This document shows, in pieces, positions 59,231-64,000 of a DNA stretch of 64,000 bases. Under the pieces are notes generated by a model. The model was not told the DNA's origin. It was given only the letters and a program-made list of their open reading frames with translations, and made no database searches. The position numbers and the translations under genes are program-made. Position 1 is the stretch's first letter; each line of letters starts with the position of its first letter. The stretch is from Rickettsia typhi (GTDB lineage Bacteria > Pseudomonadota > Alphaproteobacteria > Rickettsiales > UBA1997): the NCBI GenBank assembly GCA_945901265.1, contig CAMDJZ010000003.1, positions 8,256 to 72,255 of the forward strand. Direction: 5' to 3'.

Positions 59231-62200
59231 ATGAAAGAAAGTGGAGGAGGCAATATATCACCAAAAGATATCGAGTTAGAACTAGATGAAATAGGGCAAA
59301 AATTGAAAGAGATTATTTCTAGATCCCCATCAGGCACTCATAGAGAATCCCCATACGCACCAGATAGTGAAGGGCCGAGCCCATTAAACAGTCCTAGAAA
59401 ATCCCCACAAACTCTTGATCAAGTTTCCACTCAAGCTCAAGCTAACCAAGCTCCAGATAATATTAAAAAAGCTATTGAAGCTATTGAAACTTTTTTAGAA
59501 TATTTAAAAGAATCTATTTATTTACAAGATAAAATTAAACCAGAAGGAGTTGATTATACTGATGGTGATTTCCAGAAATTTCAAAGTACAGAACATTATT
59601 TTAGCTCAGTAACTGCTTCCAGAATTATTACAAAATATCAACTCTTAAAAGATCCAATTAAGGAGGAAATTAAGGAATTAAATAATTCTCAAGATGGTCA
59701 ACAATCTTCTCAAGATTTTGAACAAAATAATTCCTTACTTAAAGAGATTTTGAATTGTTTAGAAACAAATGATGGTTTGGTTAATGAATTACAAAAAGAA
59801 ATAACAGCAATTGCAAAATTATTAACAGAAATATTAGATAAAGAACTACAAGTAAAAAAAGAAAGAGAAGGTATATTTTACAATACAGTTCTGAATAAAA
59901 ATTTAACTGATCTCCAAAATAATCTTGATTCTCATAAACAAAGTTTTATAAAACTTTTAAATGAAAAAAATTTAACCAATAATCTTAATTCAATTAAAGT
60001 CAAACTTATGCAATATTCTCAAGCATTTCGTTCTCTTCCAAATTTATCTAGCCCAGTCGATGGGCGTAGTGATGATTCTGATGGTTCTTCTAGTGTATCT
60101 GGATCTAAGGCATCCGATGCACCCCAATCAATTTCTAAACCTGAGGATCTTCAAAGATTATTTGCTAACATCCTTTTTGCCACTCACTTCGGCACTATGA
60201 GTAAAAAAGATGAACCTTTTCAAGATAATACATATAATCTCGCTATTGCTGAATATAATCTCGCTATTGCTGATGTTAAAGTTGCGGTTGCCAAGGTCTT
60301 CGTTGGTGCATTTCAACGCGACGATGAGAAAGAAAGTGGCCCAGCTTCAATAGATGAAGCAGTTAAAACCGAGGAACTCGCTAATGAAATCACTGTGGCT
60401 ATTGAATCAGTCGTCAGGCATGTTGAAGGAGCCGCCGCTAAGGGTGAAGAAGGCGGTGAAGATGGCTTATCTGGATCAGCCCAGGAAGCTGCATTAGCTC
60501 AACCCTTAATTGATGCCGTCAATTATTTTAGAGACCGATTTACCGGCGTTGATTTACAAAGAAATGCCGCCAAGGTTTTCGCCGAAAACTTTAAAACCAT
60601 CGCTTCAGATATCTCTACTTATGTCACTGATAATTTTAAACCAGATACCCCCACTTTAGCTGCCGCTGCAGCAGCTGGTGCCGCAACCGCCGCTCGTCCC
60701 AGCGTTGACTACAGTTCCATCTTTGCCAAAGTTTTTGATGCCGCCCAACAACAATTACGAGATGCTGAACATAGACTCACAACTTCCGCCGACGAATCCA
60801 CCTCTAAAGATATTAAAAATTGCATCAAACATTTTGCATCGGCCACTGAATTTGCCAAAACTTACTCTACTGGAAATGATGATCTTATTCAAGAGTTTGA
60901 AGACGCCAACACTCAATTCACTGAAATCACTAACCAACTATTAGAAGCTCGCCGCGCCGCCGAAGCCCCCGAACAACAACGCCTCGAACAAGAACGCGCC
61001 GCCGCAACCGCCGCCGCAGCCGCAGCAGCAGCCGCCGCTGCCGCCGATCCCGCTCCCGCCGAAGCCGATAGCCGTCGCACTCTCAAATTAACAGAAGATC
61101 ACGTCGAGTTAGATAGTGATGGTGGTGGTGCTGGTGGTCGTCCCGCCGCTCCCGGTTCCGGTTCCGATTCCGATTCCGATTCCGCTCGCCGCGAAGCAGA
61201 AGAACGCGCCGCCGAACAACGCGCCGCTCTCGCCGCTGCCGCTCGCGGCGCTTCCGCTTCCTCTGACCTCTCTGAAGATCACGGGGCTAGAGAAGATAAG
61301 AGCGACGCCGCCGAACAACGCGCTCGCCTCGAAGCAGAAGAACGACGCGCCGCCGCTCGCGAACTCGCCGCTCGCCTCGCCGCCGCCGCCGCTCGACGCG
61401 CCGCCGCCGAACAACGCGCTCGCCTCGAAGAAGATCGACGCGTCGCCGCCGCCGCCGCCAATCTCATTCAAAAGACTTTCCGCGGCTTTGAAGGTCGTCG
61501 CATGGCCTCTGCTAAAAAAAATTTACAATTTTTAGAAGACTTGGCTACTGAGAACGGATATAGTTCTTTGGTAACTTACAATCTATCTATTGAGGTAGAA
61601 TTGAAAGAAGGTGATGATGATGAATTTAGTTATGTTGTAACATATGAGGGAGGAAGAATTTTGCTAGGAGATAAAGGTAGAGAATCAATTCTTCAAATAT
61701 TATTTGATAAAAATAATCATTTAAAGCTATTAGATGGCTATTTGTTCGATAAAATATTAGAAAGTGTACTATTTAATCAATTTCCTGATTCTTTAAGATC
61801 AAAAATTGAAAAGAATGTTGCTAAGGAATTTGGTGTAGCAGAATATGACCAAGGCAATTTGGAACATTTAGAATCATTGCAGAAAAAAACTTTGAGTTAT
61901 GCGGCGCTTTTATCGCCTTATTCTAAAAGCCATCATGGAGTTAGTCAGGAGGAGAGAGATGAATTTTTAAGAAAAATTAATGATCATATATCTAGAGATT
62001 TAATACTCGAGGCATTAAAAAATCTTTCGCATAATCATGTAGCGCAACAAAAAAAGGAAGAAAGAAAATTATTATTGTTTAGGCAAGATGATCAAATATT
62101 TTTTGATCATAAGCAAGGAGCTGGACGTGTTGGAGGTGGTGCTGAAGGTGGTGCGAGAGGTGCTGCTGAAGGTGGTGTTGAAGGTGGTGCTGGAGGTGGT

Positions 62201-63781
62201 GCTGGAGGTGATGCTGCTGTTGAGCCTCAAAAATCTGGAAGAGTTGTGGCGGAAGAAGAATTTAAGGAATTTAAGGGGCGTGCAAAAGAAAAGCGTGAAA
62301 CTGGATTTAAAGTTGAAGTGAAAAATGACGAAGGAACAATTGTGTCAAGTATTATTCATCTTAGTCCTCAGCGCGTAGAATTTCATAAAATTCCAAATTA
62401 TTTTGATGATAATGAAGCAGGTGGAAGAGGAGGTGGAAGAGGAGATGGAGGAGGAGATGGAGCAGCCTCAGTACCTCGAGCTCCAGCTTCAGCTAAAGAT
62501 AAAGAAGCATTGGTAATTTTTCATGCTAATAAAGATGAAAATTCCCAAACGGTAATTTCTGGCAAGAGGATTGATGAGTTTGAGGGGGCTGTTGCCAAGA
62601 GTGCTGAATTTATTGAGCATGCTTTGCTTGATTTTTTTAATAAAGATGTTTCAGGAATAGAAAATCCTCGAATTAATGCAACACAAAAAAATTATCTTAT
62701 CGATTTGCTAAATAATAGAGCTTCAAGACCAAATGAACAGGGAGAAAGAATCGACGGCACAGAAGATATTGATAACCAGCCTGCTAAAGAAATTTCAAGG
62801 GACCTACTAAAATATTTGCATGATTATGGTGTTGGAATAAGTGGTAATGATTTTGATGTTGAAGGAATTAAAAGAAGTATTAATGATAATGCTCCTGATG
62901 ATAATAGTGGAACTCAAATTACATGGATTCCAGACGTAACTGCAGCATTAGCCAAAGAACTTGCTTACGCTAAAGTTGCTCAAGATTTTTTAGAATGCAA
63001 AATTGAATCTCAGGAGCAACCGAGAAATATAGGAGAAGGAGATGGAGATGCTTCGAGAAATTTTACAGATTCCAAAAATAAATTAGATGATCGTTATTCA
63101 ATAAATAATGCCAAATCAGATCTAGAATTTGCATTTGGTAAAAAACCATTTTGTAAGCTTGGGCCTCAATATCATTCAGCGAAAAATATTTTCCAAGAGG
63201 GTATTACAATTAGGCGCCATGAAAAACATCCGCATATGGTTGATATAGTTCGCGTAATTTCTCCTGAAGATGAAGCAGGGACTGCTGTTAAAAAACCCAA
63301 TGTCCAATATGTGGCAATTAAGGGGAAGGATGGCGGTGATGGGAAAATTGATTTGAATATTGCAAAAAATGATGGTCTTACTGAAAAAATTGTTAATAAA
63401 GTTTTCTTTAGAAAAGTTGAATTACGAGATGATGGGGAAGTTTCATTTGATGATAAAATTTATTATTATAATAATGATGGAGAAAGACAATCATTTGAGA
63501 TTAAAGATATTGATAATACTTGTGCTAATCGTACTTCTTTCTTAAATAATTTAGGAGCTTTGAAGATTAGAGCCACATGTGTTGTGTTGGGTGAAGATAA
63601 TCAACCAAAAATTAATAAATCAAAATTTTCGGCATTGGGTAATGATAATATTTTTAAAAATTATGATTTCACTCCTGCGAGACCATCTTCATCTCCACGT
63701 CTCAGCCCTGCGACATCTCTGCGTCCCAATGCTGGGCCTTTATCCACTCGGAGACCTAATTTACCGCGAGAGATTAACTAA
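59231..63781 (+). CDS. Giant orphan protein (1516 aa) with GC-rich Ala/Arg/Glu core, IQ-type motif and Gly-rich boxes; candidate secreted effector
   Basis: A single uninterrupted frame of 4551 nt after a 450-bp AT-rich spacer. No recognised enzymatic family. See findings for composition, repeats and motif. Confidence 0.7.
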   Translation: MKESGGGNISPKDIELELDEIGQKLKEIISRSPSGTHRESPYAPDSEGPSPLNSPRKSPQTLDQVSTQAQANQAPDNIKKAIEAIETFLEYLKESIYLQDKIKPEGVDYTDGDFQKFQSTEHYFSSVTASRIITKYQLLKDPIKEEIKELNNSQDGQQSSQDFEQNNSLLKEILNCLETNDGLVNELQKEITAIAKLLTEILDKELQVKKEREGIFYNTVLNKNLTDLQNNLDSHKQSFIKLLNEKNLTNNLNSIKVKLMQYSQAFRSLPNLSSPVDGRSDDSDGSSSVSGSKASDAPQSISKPEDLQRLFANILFATHFGTMSKKDEPFQDNTYNLAIAEYNLAIADVKVAVAKVFVGAFQRDDEKESGPASIDEAVKTEELANEITVAIESVVRHVEGAAAKGEEGGEDGLSGSAQEAALAQPLIDAVNYFRDRFTGVDLQRNAAKVFAENFKTIASDISTYVTDNFKPDTPTLAAAAAAGAATAARPSVDYSSIFAKVFDAAQQQLRDAEHRLTTSADESTSKDIKNCIKHFASATEFAKTYSTGNDDLIQEFEDANTQFTEITNQLLEARRAAEAPEQQRLEQERAAATAAAAAAAAAAAADPAPAEADSRRTLKLTEDHVELDSDGGGAGGRPAAPGSGSDSDSDSARREAEERAAEQRAALAAAARGASASSDLSEDHGAREDKSDAAEQRARLEAEERRAAARELAARLAAAAARRAAAEQRARLEEDRRVAAAAANLIQKTFRGFEGRRMASAKKNLQFLEDLATENGYSSLVTYNLSIEVELKEGDDDEFSYVVTYEGGRILLGDKGRESILQILFDKNNHLKLLDGYLFDKILESVLFNQFPDSLRSKIEKNVAKEFGVAEYDQGNLEHLESLQKKTLSYAALLSPYSKSHHGVSQEERDEFLRKINDHISRDLILEALKNLSHNHVAQQKKEERKLLLFRQDDQIFFDHKQGAGRVGGGAEGGARGAAEGGVEGGAGGGAGGDAAVEPQKSGRVVAEEEFKEFKGRAKEKRETGFKVEVKNDEGTIVSSIIHLSPQRVEFHKIPNYFDDNEAGGRGGGRGDGGGDGAASVPRAPASAKDKEALVIFHANKDENSQTVISGKRIDEFEGAVAKSAEFIEHALLDFFNKDVSGIENPRINATQKNYLIDLLNNRASRPNEQGERIDGTEDIDNQPAKEISRDLLKYLHDYGVGISGNDFDVEGIKRSINDNAPDDNSGTQITWIPDVTAALAKELAYAKVAQDFLECKIESQEQPRNIGEGDGDASRNFTDSKNKLDDRYSINNAKSDLEFAFGKKPFCKLGPQYHSAKNIFQEGITIRRHEKHPHMVDIVRVISPEDEAGTAVKKPNVQYVAIKGKDGGDGKIDLNIAKNDGLTEKIVNKVFFRKVELRDDGEVSFDDKIYYYNNDGERQSFEIKDIDNTCANRTSFLNNLGALKIRATCVVLGEDNQPKINKSKFSALGNDNIFKNYDFTPARPSSSPRLSPATSLRPNAGPLSTRRPNLPREIN
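61208..61430 (+). repeat. GC-rich in-frame repeats encoding AAEQRA(R/A)L(E/A)
   Basis: The 28-nt string gccgccgaacaacgcgctcgcctcgaag occurs identically at 61307-61334 and 61403-61430 (96 nt apart). A diverged copy starts at 61208. Confidence 0.9.
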
Positions 63782-64000
63782 ACATTTCCTGATCGAGCTG
63801 ACTATTCGCGATTACTTCCTATAGCTTCTTTATCTTTAGTTCCGATAAACTCTCCGCCATCACCCACAACAACTCTTCTCTCTCCATCTAATCCTCCACA
63901 TTTACCTAAATCAATACCAAAATAACAATTCTTCCTAAAAATTAATGGAGGTAAAGCTTAGCTAGTTGCTCGAATTTTTGCTTAGTTTAGGAATTTGTAA

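Noticed and set aside
61109-61535. Three overlapping ORFs on both strands (61109..61471-, 61116..61535+, 61279..61467-) in the GC-rich core
   Set aside because: A GC-rich stretch poor in stop codons opens all frames. These ORFs encode pure low complexity (poly-Gly/Ala/Pro/Arg) and lie wholly inside the 4.5-kb ORF, whose frame is continuous with AT-rich flanks.
63782-64000. Minus-strand open frame encoding ...GIDLGKCGGLDGERRVVVGDGGEFIGTKDKEAIGSNRE*, reminiscent of an Hsp70/actin-fold GIDLG motif
   Set aside because: It is only about 50 codons with no ATG, and stops lie upstream in all three minus-strand frames before the window end. The motif match is 5 residues, which is probably chance or a decayed fragment.
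1-64000. Replication origin signals (DnaA-box clusters TTATCCACA), riboswitches upstream of folE, ilvD and the TerC gene, rRNA/tRNA genes, and toxin-antitoxin or defence-system gene pairs
   Set aside because: I scanned the spacers by eye and found no DnaA-box cluster and no T-loop (GGTTCGA.TCC) containing cloverleaf. The TerC gene has only a 4-nt upstream spacer, which leaves no room for a yybP-ykoY element. I recognised no nuclease, ATPase or reverse-transcriptase pairs typical of known defence systems.

Overview
This is an AT-rich bacterial chromosomal segment; spacers look below 20% GC by eye. All calls come from reading the six-frame ORFs and recalling family motifs, and no database search was possible. 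Gene content fits a host-associated alphaproteobacterium, possibly Rickettsiales- or Holosporales-like, but that is inference.

About 55 protein genes are present, mostly housekeeping:
- Cell division and DNA: a partial dcw cluster (ddl-ftsQ-ftsA, no ftsZ), mfd, photolyase, a C-terminally truncated dnaE, a XerC/D-type recombinase, recJ.
- Envelope: lolD, an M23 peptidase, a GT4 glycosyltransferase, skp, mlaA/mlaC, ctpA, a surA-like gene, ccmC.
- Metabolism and other: a CarD/CdnL-type regulator, folE, maf, a TerC protein, zntB, ilvD, a bioC-like gene, ispG, ispH, a tyrA-like gene, rsmA, ald, rsmG, a class I aldolase, fdxA, a HAD phosphatase.

I found no rRNA, tRNA, CRISPR array or transposase.

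The non-ordinary content is:
1. A 4.5-kb orphan ORF (59231..63781) with an extreme intragenic GC mosaic, an E/R/A-rich helical repeat and an exact eukaryote-type IQ core motif. A smaller orphan repeat protein (31958..33352) has similar GC-elevated, Pro/Ser/Arg-rich termini. Together these are my best candidates for an undescribed host-interaction (effector) module.
2. A paralogous family of prepilin-leader/LamG-like proteins in three separate accessory islets: two intact copies and one decayed remnant.
3. An SxtJ / SGNH hydrolase / DUF5989 (SxtK-like) / carbamoyltransferase cassette of unknown substrate.
4. A seven-gene fatty-acid modification cluster resembling the UfaD/UfaO furan fatty-acid locus.
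5. A CarD/CdnL regulator fused to a histone-H1-like Lys-rich N-terminus and a poly-acidic tail.
6. A dnaE that stops about 330 codons early.
7. Several coding and non-coding tandem repeats, plus two GC-enriched structured spacers.
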